Below, in pieces: positions 49,145 to 57,287 of a stretch of 64,000 nt of DNA; position 1 is the first letter of the stretch, and every line of letters starts with the position of its first letter. The stretch is from an uncultured candidate division Zixibacteria bacterium (GTDB taxonomy: Bacteria > Zixibacteria > MSB-5A5 > GN15 > FEB-12). A program made the translations under genes and the position numbers. The stretch is taken from NCBI GenBank assembly GCA_963735035.1, contig CAVTJJ010000003.1, positions 455,328 to 519,327 of the forward strand, read 5' to 3'. The notes under the pieces were generated by a model that saw nothing but the letters and a program-made list of their open reading frames with translations, did no database searches and was not told where the DNA came from.

Positions 49145-50779
49145 ATGAAGCGATTGTTCACTATCACTGCTATTGTCCTGTTCCTGATCGGCTCTTCCGC
49201 CGCCTTAGCAGGCACGGTGACTGATATCGATGGCAATGTATACCAAACCGTGACTATTGGTACTCAGGAGTGGATGGCTGAAAACCTGAAGGTGACCCAC
49301 TATCGTAACGGTGAAGCTATTCCCAATGTAACCGACGGCGCAACCTGGGGAGGTCTTACTACCGGAGCCTACTGTGAATACAACAACGACATAGGCAATG
49401 TTGCTACTTATGGCAGACTATATAACTGGTATGTAACAAGTGACGTCAGGAATATAGCACCAACCGGGTGGCATGTGCCGACAGATGCTGAGTGGCAGAC
49501 GTTAGTTGGTTACCTTGGTGGCGCTGCTGTAGCTGGTGGCAAGTTGAAAGAAGTTGGAACCACGCATTGGTCGGCTCCAAATCCTGCTACGAACGAAAGC
49601 GGTTTTTCCGCATTGCCCGAAGGCTACCGTGACGCTACCACTAATGCTTACTACGAGCAGGGTGGTTACGCCTACTTTTGGTCTTCTACTGAGAGCGGCG
49701 CCCACGCCTTGTACTGGAATCTGAATTACTCTACTACACAAGCCAATCCTTTTGATTACGTCAAGGGCCACGGTTTTTCACTTCGCTGTGTCAAAGGCAC
49801 ACTTGATTCCGACGGAGACGGAATTCCCGACGATGCCGACAACTGCCCGACCGTCCCCAACCCCGATCAGATGGACTCAGACGGTGACGGTATCGGGGAC
49901 GTCTGTGATCCCGATATAGACGGCGATGGAATCGACAATGCCTTCGATAACTGCCCAACTGTCCCCAATCCCGATCAGATGGATACAGACGGTGACGCCA
50001 TTGGCGACGCCTGCGATCCCGACATAGACGGTGATGGAATCGACAATGGCTTCGATAACTGCCCGACTGTCCCCAATCCCGATCAGATGGATATAGACAG
50101 CGACGCCATTGGCGACGCCTGCGATCCCGATGTAGATGGTGACGGTCTCTTCAACGACTATGACAACTGCCCGACAGTGCCCAATCCCGATCAAATGGAT
50201 TCGGACGGTGACTTTATCGGTGATGTCTGCGATCCTGATTTAGACGGTGACGGTATAGCCAATACCCTCGATAACTGCCCGACCGTTGCCAACCCCGATC
50301 AGATGGACACGGACGGTGACGCTATCGGCGACGTCTGTGATCCCGATATAGACAACGACGGACTCATCAATGCTGCTGACAACTGTCCTACCGTTCCCAA
50401 TCCCGATCAGATGGATACAGACGGCGACATGATCGGCGATGCTTGCGACAACTGCCCGACAGTGGCCAACCCCAATCAGCTTGATTCCGACGCGGACGGC
50501 ATCGGCGACGCCTGCGAGACTTGCTGCCAGGGCCGGGTCGGCGACGCCAACTACAATGGCGCTGATGAACCTACGATCGGTGACGTATCGGTCATGATCG
50601 ACGCCAAGTTCATCACCGGGTCCTGTGATGGCATCCTGAACTGTCTTCCTGAAGCAGACGTCAACCAGTCCGGCGGCTTGAATGTAACGTGCGAGAATAT
50701 CACGATCGGCGATATCTCGATGTTAATCGATTACCTGTTCATTACGGGTCAGTCGCTCGGTCTTCCGAGCTGTCTGTAA
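49145..50779 (+). CDS. secreted protein: Fibrobacter-succinogenes-major-paralogous-type N-terminal domain, seven thrombospondin-type-3 repeats and a dockerin-like C-terminal tail
   Basis: Signal peptide [50 protein letters not shown]...YNWY...[10 protein letters not shown]...FWSST matches the Fibrobacter paralogous-domain pattern. Seven units of [26 protein letters not shown]. The tail parallels that of the M4 peptidase. Confidence 0.8.
   Translation: MKRLFTITAIVLFLIGSSAALAGTVTDIDGNVYQTVTIGTQEWMAENLKVTHYRNGEAIPNVTDGATWGGLTTGAYCEYNNDIGNVATYGRLYNWYVTSDVRNIAPTGWHVPTDAEWQTLVGYLGGAAVAGGKLKEVGTTHWSAPNPATNESGFSALPEGYRDATTNAYYEQGGYAYFWSSTESGAHALYWNLNYSTTQANPFDYVKGHGFSLRCVKGTLDSDGDGIPDDADNCPTVPNPDQMDSDGDGIGDVCDPDIDGDGIDNAFDNCPTVPNPDQMDTDGDAIGDACDPDIDGDGIDNGFDNCPTVPNPDQMDIDSDAIGDACDPDVDGDGLFNDYDNCPTVPNPDQMDSDGDFIGDVCDPDLDGDGIANTLDNCPTVANPDQMDTDGDAIGDVCDPDIDNDGLINAADNCPTVPNPDQMDTDGDMIGDACDNCPTVANPNQLDSDADGIGDACETCCQGRVGDANYNGADEPTIGDVSVMIDAKFITGSCDGILNCLPEADVNQSGGLNVTCENITIGDISMLIDYLFITGQSLGLPSCL
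49800..50520 (+). repeat. tandem about 117-bp nucleotide repeats (about 6–7 copies) encoding the thrombospondin-type-3 units
   Basis: Recurrent ...gataactgcccgac(t/c)gt(c/g)cccaa(t/c)cccgatcagatggat(a/t)c(a/g)gacgg(t/c)gac... units along this stretch. Confidence 0.75.
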
Positions 50780-50787
50780 GCAAACCA

Positions 50788-50820
50788 AAGGGCGGGCCTG
50801 AAATCAGACCCGCCCTCTTT
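50788..50820 (+). terminator. intrinsic terminator after the Fibrobacter-paralogous-domain gene
   Basis: AAGGGCGGGCC-tgaaatcag-ACCCGCCCTCTTT: GC-rich stem followed by a T-rich run, immediately after the stop at 50779. Confidence 0.55.
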
Positions 50821-50853
50821 CAATCCGAACTCAGTCCGACCTGCAAAGAGAGT

Positions 50854-51045
50854 GTTGAAAAAGTCCCTTGCCCGTCATCGCGAGTCTCGACCGCGCTTCG
50901 CGGGCGAGACGTGGCGATCTCAATTGGCACTGCCGCACGAGCTTGAGATTGCCGCGCTACGCTGTCCCACCTGACGGCGGGCCATCTCCGCTCGCAATGA
51001 CGATTAAACAGGCTTTTTCAACAAGACGCACGCGTGTGGGCCACC
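50854..51045. mobile_element. MITE-like structured element, copy 1, bounded by IS-terminal-like TGTTGAAAAAG / CTTTTTCAACA motifs and a GTGGGCCACC end resembling the right end of the IS at 53683–55117
   Basis: Internal about 120-bp core (50873–50992) CGTCATCGCGAGTCTCGACCGCGCTTCGCGGGCGAGAC...CTCGCAATGACG folds into nested hairpins. A second, diverged copy lies at 63202–63332 in inverse orientation. Confidence 0.55.
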
Positions 51046-51158
51046 TGAGCGGCCCTTTTGCTACCCCCTTCCCCCCCGCAACATCATCTTGACTTTTGGG
51101 CCTGTTCAGGTGAATCTGTTATCAGTCGGTCACATACCAGTGCGGCCGTATAATATCT

Positions 51159-52160
51159 ATGAAAGCCATGATCCTTGATAGACCCGGTCAGAAACTTCGG
51201 CCGGTCGAAATCCCTGCCCCGACACCCATTGCGGACCAGTTGCTCATCAAGGTCCACACCTGCGGCGTCTGTCGAACCGACCTTCACGTGGTCGACGGCG
51301 ATCTCAAAAAGCCTAATCTCCCGATCATTCCCGGTCATCAGATAGTCGGCGTGGTCGAATCGGTCGGCGCCGGAGTTCGCGAGTTCAAACCGGGCGACCG
51401 GGTGGGTGTCCCCTGGCTCGGCGGAAGTTGCGGCGAATGTGTCTATTGCCGGACGGGGCGCGAAAACCTCTGCGACCGGGCTCGCTACACCGGGTATCAG
51501 ATCAACGGCGGCTTCGCGGAAAAATGTGTGGCCGACCATCGCTTCTGTTTCCCGATCCCGGCGGGCTACCCCGACCTTCAGGCCGCCCCTCTTCTCTGCG
51601 CCGGACTGATAGGATACCGGGCGCTTGGGATGACCGGCGAGGCGCGGCGGCTCGGGTTCTACGGGTTCGGCGCCTCGGCCCATATCCTGATCCAGGTCGC
51701 GGCGTATCAGAAGCGCGAAGTCTACGCATTCACGCGCGCGGGAGACCGGATGGCGCAGGAATTTGCCCGTCGTCTGGGAGCAGTTTGGGCGGGCGACTCG
51801 GACCAGACTCCCCCAAGCGAGCTCGACGCCGCTATCATTTTCGCCCCGGCCGGCGAGCTGGTCCCGACCGCGTTGCGGGCCGTGGCCAAAGGCGCCGTGG
51901 TGGTCTGCGCCGGAATTCACATGAGCGATATCCCGTCGTTCCCCTATTCGATCCTCTGGGGGGAGCGCTCGGTCAAATCAGTGGCGAATCTGACCCGTCG
52001 CGACGGCGCCGAATTCCTCGCCCTCGCCCCCAAAGTTCCCGTCCGAACCGAGGTCACCCCCTACCCTCTTGACAAAGCCAACGAAGCTCTAGAAGATTTG
52101 CGGGCTGGGCGGTTTACCGGCGCGGCCGTAATCGTTGTGGACCCGGCCGGGTATAAATGA
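51159..52160 (+). CDS. zinc-dependent alcohol dehydrogenase (MDR superfamily)
   Basis: CGVCRTDLH catalytic-Zn motif, GHQIVGVVESVG, structural-Zn cluster GGSCGECVYCRTGRENLC, Rossmann GFGASAH. The overlapping - strand (51084..51920) and + strand (51428..52072) track ORFs are shadow ORFs. Confidence 0.9.
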   Translation: MKAMILDRPGQKLRPVEIPAPTPIADQLLIKVHTCGVCRTDLHVVDGDLKKPNLPIIPGHQIVGVVESVGAGVREFKPGDRVGVPWLGGSCGECVYCRTGRENLCDRARYTGYQINGGFAEKCVADHRFCFPIPAGYPDLQAAPLLCAGLIGYRALGMTGEARRLGFYGFGASAHILIQVAAYQKREVYAFTRAGDRMAQEFARRLGAVWAGDSDQTPPSELDAAIIFAPAGELVPTALRAVAKGAVVVCAGIHMSDIPSFPYSILWGERSVKSVANLTRRDGAEFLALAPKVPVRTEVTPYPLDKANEALEDLRAGRFTGAAVIVVDPAGYK

Positions 52161-52163
52161 ATT

Positions 52164-53057
52164 ATGTTGGGTCGTAGCGAAAACACTGGAGGCAAGATGT
52201 TCGGGCGGTTCACGCAAATTGGGTTCGTCGTACTAGCTAGTCTAACGGCTCTGGTATTGGTATCCGTCAGTTTTGGTCAGGGCGAGGCACCTGCTAATCC
52301 CCAATCGACCGTAAAAGTTATCAATGTCCCGGTCGATTCTCCTGAATCGCTTCAGCGCAAGATTCGCGAGATACGAAGTTGGACCCCCAAGCAAGTCGAC
52401 AAGCTCGATTTCGCCCTTAAGGGAGTAAAGAGAATTATCCGGTTTTCTGACCTTGGATTCGGAGACCGGATGGAAGTGACCATGCCGAGCGAGGAATCGA
52501 AGAACTGGCCGATCGCCAGTGCGGTGCGGGTCCATCTGGGTCGGGAAATGACCGCAATCGTTACCCGCTTCAAGATCGACACCCTTCCCGGCCCACGGGT
52601 GCGCGGCGAAGGAGTGCTTGGTCTAATGGGAGTTCACGGGGACTCGCTCAATGGCCGCGATATCGAAATTCAGCGCACTATGTCGAGCGCCGGTCGCGTA
52701 GATTTCCTATTTATCCGGGACATCCTGTTCGGCGCTACGGCCTGCTGCAATCTGCCGTCAACCTTCGCCCTTGGCCGCTACGGCAAGGCCAGCGACACGA
52801 TGACCATGATCTTCACGTTTGATCCGTCGACCACCGATTACATGGTGACGGTCATCGGGCCCTTGGCCGGACGCACCTTCCCCGGCTTCTCCTATGGGAT
52901 GTTCCGCACCGAGCGGGGCGAGTACCACCGCGAACTCGAGAATTATCCGTACCTGTGCAAGGACCAGGACTCGAGCTATGTGAATTTGTATGTCGGAAGT
53001 CGTTTTCGCGGTCGCAAATCACAGCAGGAGCCGATTCTCAAAGTTAACATGTTCTAA
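52164..53057 (+). CDS. secreted or membrane-anchored hypothetical protein
   Basis: N-terminal hydrophobic segment FGRFTQIGFVVLASLTALVLVSVSFGQGEA. The likely start is the ATG at 52197. No motif recognised. Confidence 0.45.
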   Translation: MLGRSENTGGKMFGRFTQIGFVVLASLTALVLVSVSFGQGEAPANPQSTVKVINVPVDSPESLQRKIREIRSWTPKQVDKLDFALKGVKRIIRFSDLGFGDRMEVTMPSEESKNWPIASAVRVHLGREMTAIVTRFKIDTLPGPRVRGEGVLGLMGVHGDSLNGRDIEIQRTMSSAGRVDFLFIRDILFGATACCNLPSTFALGRYGKASDTMTMIFTFDPSTTDYMVTVIGPLAGRTFPGFSYGMFRTERGEYHRELENYPYLCKDQDSSYVNLYVGSRFRGRKSQQEPILKVNMF

Positions 53058-53086
53058 AGCGATGTTTGACCATATGGGAGACTGAA

Positions 53087-53608
53087 ATGAGCAAGACCGA
53101 ACAGAATCTGAAAGCCGCGTTTGCGGGTGAATCACAGGCCCGCAACATGTACACCTTCTTCGCCAAGGTGGCGCGCAAAGAAGGGTATCTCTACATAGCC
53201 AAGATTTTCGAGGAGACCGCCGACAACGAGAGCCGTCACGCCAAGGATGAATACACCCTCGCGTATGGGCTCGGCGACACGGCTGCTTGCCTGACCAAAG
53301 CGGCCGAAGGCGAAGACCACGAGACCACTTCGATGTACCCGCAGTTCGCCAAAGAAGCTGAAGAAGAGGGCAACAAGGATGCGGCCGTGCTTTTCAAGAT
53401 GATCGCCAAGGTCGAAGCGCAACACCGTGACCGCTATCGTCGCTTACTCGAGATGGTGAAGAACGGGTCGGTTTACAAGCGCGAGAAACCGATCCGGTGG
53501 AAGTGCGACGTGTGCGGCTATATACACGAAGGGAAAGAGCCGCCGATGAAATGCCCGTGCTGCAAGCATCCCAAAGAGCATTTCGAGCCGGCTAATCTGG
53601 AAGAGTAG
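53087..53608 (+). CDS. rbr: rubrerythrin (diiron four-helix-bundle domain plus C-terminal rubredoxin-like Cys4 domain)
   Basis: MSKTEQNLKAAFAGESQARNMYTFFA..., ExxH motifs (ESRH, EAQH), C-terminal CDVCGY...CPCCKHP. GGGAG upstream of the chosen ATG; the track ORF starts at 53066. Confidence 0.85.
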   Translation: MSKTEQNLKAAFAGESQARNMYTFFAKVARKEGYLYIAKIFEETADNESRHAKDEYTLAYGLGDTAACLTKAAEGEDHETTSMYPQFAKEAEEEGNKDAAVLFKMIAKVEAQHRDRYRRLLEMVKNGSVYKREKPIRWKCDVCGYIHEGKEPPMKCPCCKHPKEHFEPANLEE

Positions 53609-53631
53609 CAGCGCCCGCTTCGCAAATTCGC

Positions 53632-53661
53632 GTGCCCGGCAGATGTCCACATCTGCCGGCT
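53632..53661 (+). repeat. REP-like 30-bp palindromic element GTGCCCGGCAGATGYCCACATCTGCCGGCT, copy 1 of 3
   Basis: 10-bp stem CCGGCAGATG / CATCTGCCGG with a 4-nt loop, immediately 3' of the rubrerythrin gene. Near-identical copies at 62772–62801 and 63089–63118. Confidence 0.75.
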
Positions 53662-53682
53662 TATGAATGGTTCTCGGAAAAC

Positions 53683-55117
53683 CCCACCCTAAAGGGCCTG
53701 TTGAAAAAGTCTTGAGTTTTGGGGGTAGTTGTATTAAAGCAGGGGATGCAGAGTAAGCGAGAGAGAAGTCAACATGAGATGATGCTTCTCCCGGCATTGG
53801 AGACGTTCATCCCCGAGGATCACTATCTTCGTAAGTTGAATCGGGTTTTGGACCTGGGTTTTGTCCACGAGGTAGTTCGGGACAAATACAGCCAAGACAA
53901 CGGTCGACCGTCGGTCGATCCGGAGGTGGTGATCCGGCTGTTTTTGATCCAGGCGATGGACGGGATCGCTCACGTGCGGGAGTTAATGCGTCAGGTGCAG
54001 GTTAACCTGGCCTATCGTTGGTTCATCGGCTACGAGCTGGACGAGTCGCTTCCGGATCATTCGACGTTGTCGAAGGCGTTGGATCGGTTTGGTGATGCGG
54101 TGTTCAACGAGTTGTTCGCTCGGAGTGTGAGTCAGTGTCAAGCGAGCGGGTTGATTGAGGGGAAGGTGCTACATATCGACGCTACGACGATCCGGGCGGA
54201 CCTGTCTGCCGACCGTGTCAACCAGGTTGACAGTCCCGATCCGGATGCGCGGTTTGGTCGGTTTCCGGATGGGAAGTTGCGTCCGGGGTACAAGCAGCAC
54301 ACGGTGGCGGACGGCAAGAAGCGGGTGGTGTTGGATGTATCGGTGACGGCGGCGAACGTGTCGGAGCACGACGAGGCGGTGGGGTTGGTTGACCGAGCGT
54401 TGGCGCGTCTGCGGGAGTCACCGGAAGCGGTGTGTGCGGACGGGGCGTACGGGAGTGGGTTTAATGCCTATGAGATGGAGACGCGCGGTGTCCGTTTGGT
54501 GTCGCCGCCGCAGAAGGCGACGACCCGTGCCGGGGAAGGTTATTTTACGATCGAGCAATTCACCTACGACGAGGAGCATGATGAGTTCACGTGTCCGGCG
54601 GGACAAGTGTTGCGGTATGTGCGAACGGAGAAGCAGCGGGGACGTTGGGAATATCGAGCGCGACGGTCGGATTGTCAGAGCTGTCCGTTGAAGTCACAGT
54701 GCACGATATCGGATCGCCGGCATCTCAAGGTTACCAGACACCATAGTTCACTGCTTCGCCTTCGGGCCGACAGCAAAACGGAGAGTTTCAAGAAGCTGTA
54801 TCGTTCCCGGGCGCCGGTGATCGAGGGGGTGTTTGCGGAGAGCAAACAATGGCACGGCTTGAGTCGGGCGTGGCGGCGTGGTCTGTCCAAGATGAAGGTG
54901 CAGTGCTTGTTGGTCGCCACGGTTCTCAATTCGAAGCGCCTGGCGGCGCATTTTGTCACTCTGCCGGGGTTCAACTGGCTCTGGAGACGTCTACGGACAC
55001 TCATAGAACGGCTTCTACGGTTTCTGAGACCATTTATCGCACCTTACACAGTCATCAGACAAGATGCATGATGACCACCCGAAAACTTGGCTTTTTCAAC
55101 AGGCTCTAAAGGGTGGG
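53683..55117 (+). mobile_element. IS1182-like (IS5-superfamily) insertion sequence, about 1.43 kb, with about 28-bp imperfect terminal inverted repeats
   Basis: Left end CCCCACCCTAAAGGGCCTGTTGAAAAAGTC (53683–). The reverse complement of the right end is CCCACCCTTTAGAGCCTGTTGAAAAAGCC (–55117). Encloses a single DDE transposase gene. Confidence 0.75.
53719..55071 (+). CDS. IS1182-family DDE transposase
   Basis: N-terminal transposase domain (LPALETFIPEDHYLRKLNRVLDLGFV...YSQDNGRPSVDPEVVIRLFLIQAMDGI) and a C-terminal DDE region with D...D...E spacing (HIDATTIRAD...CADGAYGS...ESKQWHGLSRAWRRGL). Confidence 0.85.
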   Translation: MGVVVLKQGMQSKRERSQHEMMLLPALETFIPEDHYLRKLNRVLDLGFVHEVVRDKYSQDNGRPSVDPEVVIRLFLIQAMDGIAHVRELMRQVQVNLAYRWFIGYELDESLPDHSTLSKALDRFGDAVFNELFARSVSQCQASGLIEGKVLHIDATTIRADLSADRVNQVDSPDPDARFGRFPDGKLRPGYKQHTVADGKKRVVLDVSVTAANVSEHDEAVGLVDRALARLRESPEAVCADGAYGSGFNAYEMETRGVRLVSPPQKATTRAGEGYFTIEQFTYDEEHDEFTCPAGQVLRYVRTEKQRGRWEYRARRSDCQSCPLKSQCTISDRRHLKVTRHHSSLLRLRADSKTESFKKLYRSRAPVIEGVFAESKQWHGLSRAWRRGLSKMKVQCLLVATVLNSKRLAAHFVTLPGFNWLWRRLRTLIERLLRFLRPFIAPYTVIRQDA

Positions 55118-55136
55118 CCACCCGGGCACCTGGTAC

Positions 55137-55174
55137 CCCACAGCTTGCTGTGGGTTGTCTCGATCTTTGAAGGA
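55137..55174 (+). repeat. 38-bp hairpin-containing direct repeat (CCCCACAGCTTGCTGTGGGTTGTCTCGATCTTTGAAGG), copy 1, 5' of the small membrane-protein gene
   Basis: Second copy at 55706–55743 (GCCCACAGCTTGCTGTGGGTAGTCGCGATTCTTGAAGC). Each contains the CCCACAGC/GCTGTGGG hairpin. Confidence 0.75.
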
Positions 55175-55236
55175 ACACTCGAATTGGATTCCACCCAAAG
55201 GTTGGTCCACCCGACCGCTCAATTTAGAAGGACTGA

Positions 55237-55684
55237 CATGACTAAACAAAAACTCGGCATCGCCGGTTCGATCATACTTTTCGTCGGAGTATTCATGCCG
55301 GTCGTGAGCGTTCCCGTGGTCGGGTACATAAACTACTTTCAAAACGGGAAGGCCGACGGAACCATTGTTCTCATCTTGTCAGTCATATCTCTGTTGTTGG
55401 TATTGGCCAGAAAATACAAAGTCCTGTGGATCACCGGGGGCGGAAGCCTCATCGTGATGGCGATCACGTTCATCAACTTCCAGAGCAAGATATCCGATGC
55501 CAAGAACAAGATGGGTGCGGACATCTCCGACAATCCATTCCGAGGCATAGCCGATCTGGCGATGCAATCGGTGCAGCTTCAGTGGGGCTGGGCGGTCATG
55601 ATTGTGGGAGTGGCGCTCTTGATAACGTGTGCTGCGATGAGAGAAGAGCTGAAGCCGCGTTCAATTGGCGAAGCTACTGAATGA
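55237..55684 (+). CDS. small integral membrane protein (4 predicted TM helices), hypothetical
   Basis: MTKQKLGIAGSIILFVGVFMPVVSVPVVGY..., LILSVISLLLVLA, ITGGGSLIVMAITFI, VMIVGVALLITCAA. The start is taken at the internal ATG; the track ORF begins at 55064 inside the IS end. Confidence 0.5.
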
Positions 55685-55705
55685 TGCTTCTTGTATGAAT
55701 TGGTA

Positions 55706-55743
55706 GCCCACAGCTTGCTGTGGGTAGTCGCGATTCTTGAAGC
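55706..55743 (+). repeat. 38-bp hairpin-containing direct repeat, copy 2, immediately 3' of the small membrane-protein gene
   Basis: See copy 1 (55137–55174). Confidence 0.75.
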
Positions 55744-55818
55744 CTCCTCCACAATTCTATCAGATATAAACCTACCCGTAGGGTGGCCACCGAAGTCACG
55801 GGCGACCGGACAACTATA

Positions 55819-56415
55819 CTATTCGTCGGCGGAACTTTCTAAATTGCGATCCAAATCGGAGTCGATGCCAGCAAACTCTTTGTCAAATGCAGAATCTGTG
55901 TTTGGTACGTGTGATATAGTAGACTTCCTACCATGTTTGCGCGAGAATTCATGAACCGCTTTTGCAATTCTGTTTCGTCCTGAGATCTCGGGGTTATGCA
56001 TATGCTTCTTCGGTAAGGTGAAGTGAGCGACAGATGACTCTAAGTCAATCGTAGACGCATCCTCAGCAGAGGAGTTTGGCATTCTCGCTCCCGGGCCAGT
56101 ATGATGGTATAACGAGCCAGACTCACGCCGTTTGACGTCGCCCAACTCCCTGCTTAGCGATACAATGTAGGCATGCTGACGCGCCAGTTGCTCGTTAATC
56201 GGTACTAGCTGGTCACGAATACTAACCTGCACCTTTGTCATCAACCAGGCCCCCAAATCGTCTGAAGGGTCTTGCTCGTCACCCGCGCGAGTAGAACCAG
56301 TTTCGAGCTTTCTCGATCTAAAGGTCCAAGTAATCAATCGATCGATAATGGACTGCGAAAAGATTGCTAGCACAGCCACGACCAACGCCAAAGCGACATA
56401 GATTACAATTCGCAT
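55819..56415 (-). CDS. hypothetical protein with N-terminal TM anchor (low-GC islet)
   Basis: MRIVIYVALALVVAVLAIFSQ then a charged soluble region. The region is noticeably AT-richer than its surroundings. Confidence 0.45.
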   Translation of the reverse strand: MRIVIYVALALVVAVLAIFSQSIIDRLITWTFRSRKLETGSTRAGDEQDPSDDLGAWLMTKVQVSIRDQLVPINEQLARQHAYIVSLSRELGDVKRRESGSLYHHTGPGARMPNSSAEDASTIDLESSVAHFTLPKKHMHNPEISGRNRIAKAVHEFSRKHGRKSTISHVPNTDSAFDKEFAGIDSDLDRNLESSADE

Positions 56416-56418
56416 GTT

Positions 56419-56925
56419 TCACCCACCAAAAAAACATAACATAGTAAGTACGAAGAAAAAGACGGAAATACCATTACACAATCGTCTCGCCCTCCGATCA
56501 CTGTCGAAATCCAAGTCCTCAACTGGTGCACCCAGTACCAGAGCCCTGATAGCCCTTGCCTTGCCGTCCAACTCAAAGGGTATGATACGCCTCCCCAGAT
56601 AAAACACCAAACTCCATATGAGAAGGACATGAATTAGCAGAAATATCCATACTACCCATACTTCGGGGAGTTCGTATCGTGACAGCCACTCTCTACGAAT
56701 TAGGAGAGTGATGTCTGCAGCAATGCAGAGGGCTAAGACACCAAGGCCATCCAGCCCCATTCTTTGGGCATGGACTACTCTGGCTATCTCATTCCTACCG
56801 CTTGGCATTGAACTCTCACTGACCAAACGCGCAATTGCACCGTTAATGAGATAAGTGATCCACGACACACCCGAAATCTGTAATGGAACCTCTAAGCTAA
56901 TACCACCAAACAAGATACACCCCAA
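56419..56925 (-). CDS. hypothetical membrane protein (3–4 TM) (low-GC islet)
   Basis: Hydrophobic segments ISGVSWITYLINGAIARLV, LGVLALCIAADITLLI, VWVVWIFLLIHVLLIWSLVFYL, ISVFFFVLTMLCFFGG. Confidence 0.45.
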   Translation of the reverse strand: MGCILFGGISLEVPLQISGVSWITYLINGAIARLVSESSMPSGRNEIARVVHAQRMGLDGLGVLALCIAADITLLIRREWLSRYELPEVWVVWIFLLIHVLLIWSLVFYLGRRIIPFELDGKARAIRALVLGAPVEDLDFDSDRRARRLCNGISVFFFVLTMLCFFGG

Positions 56926-57084
56926 CTATCTTCGGGAACTACACCGCACCAAGAATTGTTTAGTTAGATTACAATTAACTGCAGTGCATTTATTGAACAT
57001 AGCCACAGTAAAAAGCACGCAACTTGACCCTTCCCGTGGAGATTATTCGCCACCTAGTCGATATAAACGTAAAGGAATCAGGCT

Positions 57085-57285
57085 ATGATGTCAATAGTAA
57101 AGTACATTGCGGCGATCTTTGTGTCGATCGGTTTTGTAGTCCTTTTGGACTCGGTATACAACACGATGCCAGTAGGACGTGCAAACATAGTGGCCATTCT
57201 ACTCGGGTGCGTTTGCGTTGCATTGAACATCCTTCTACTGAGAAACCCGGGGAAACACTCACACGGCACGGCCAAGAGTCGCTGA
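57085..57285 (+). CDS. possible small membrane protein (66 aa)
   Basis: MMSIVKYIAAIFVSIGFVVLLDSVYNTMPVGRANIVAILLGCVCVALNILLL has two hydrophobic helices. Lies in the intergenic space of the low-GC islet. Weak call. Confidence 0.3.
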   Translation: MMSIVKYIAAIFVSIGFVVLLDSVYNTMPVGRANIVAILLGCVCVALNILLLRNPGKHSHGTAKSR

Positions 57286-57287
57286 CA

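Noticed and set aside
51084-52072. Track ORFs 51084..51920 (-) and 51428..52072 (+) overlapping the alcohol dehydrogenase gene
   Set aside because: Shadow ORFs in high-GC DNA. Their translations are Arg/Pro/Gly-rich with no motifs, whereas the + strand frame at 51159 has clear MDR-family ADH signatures.
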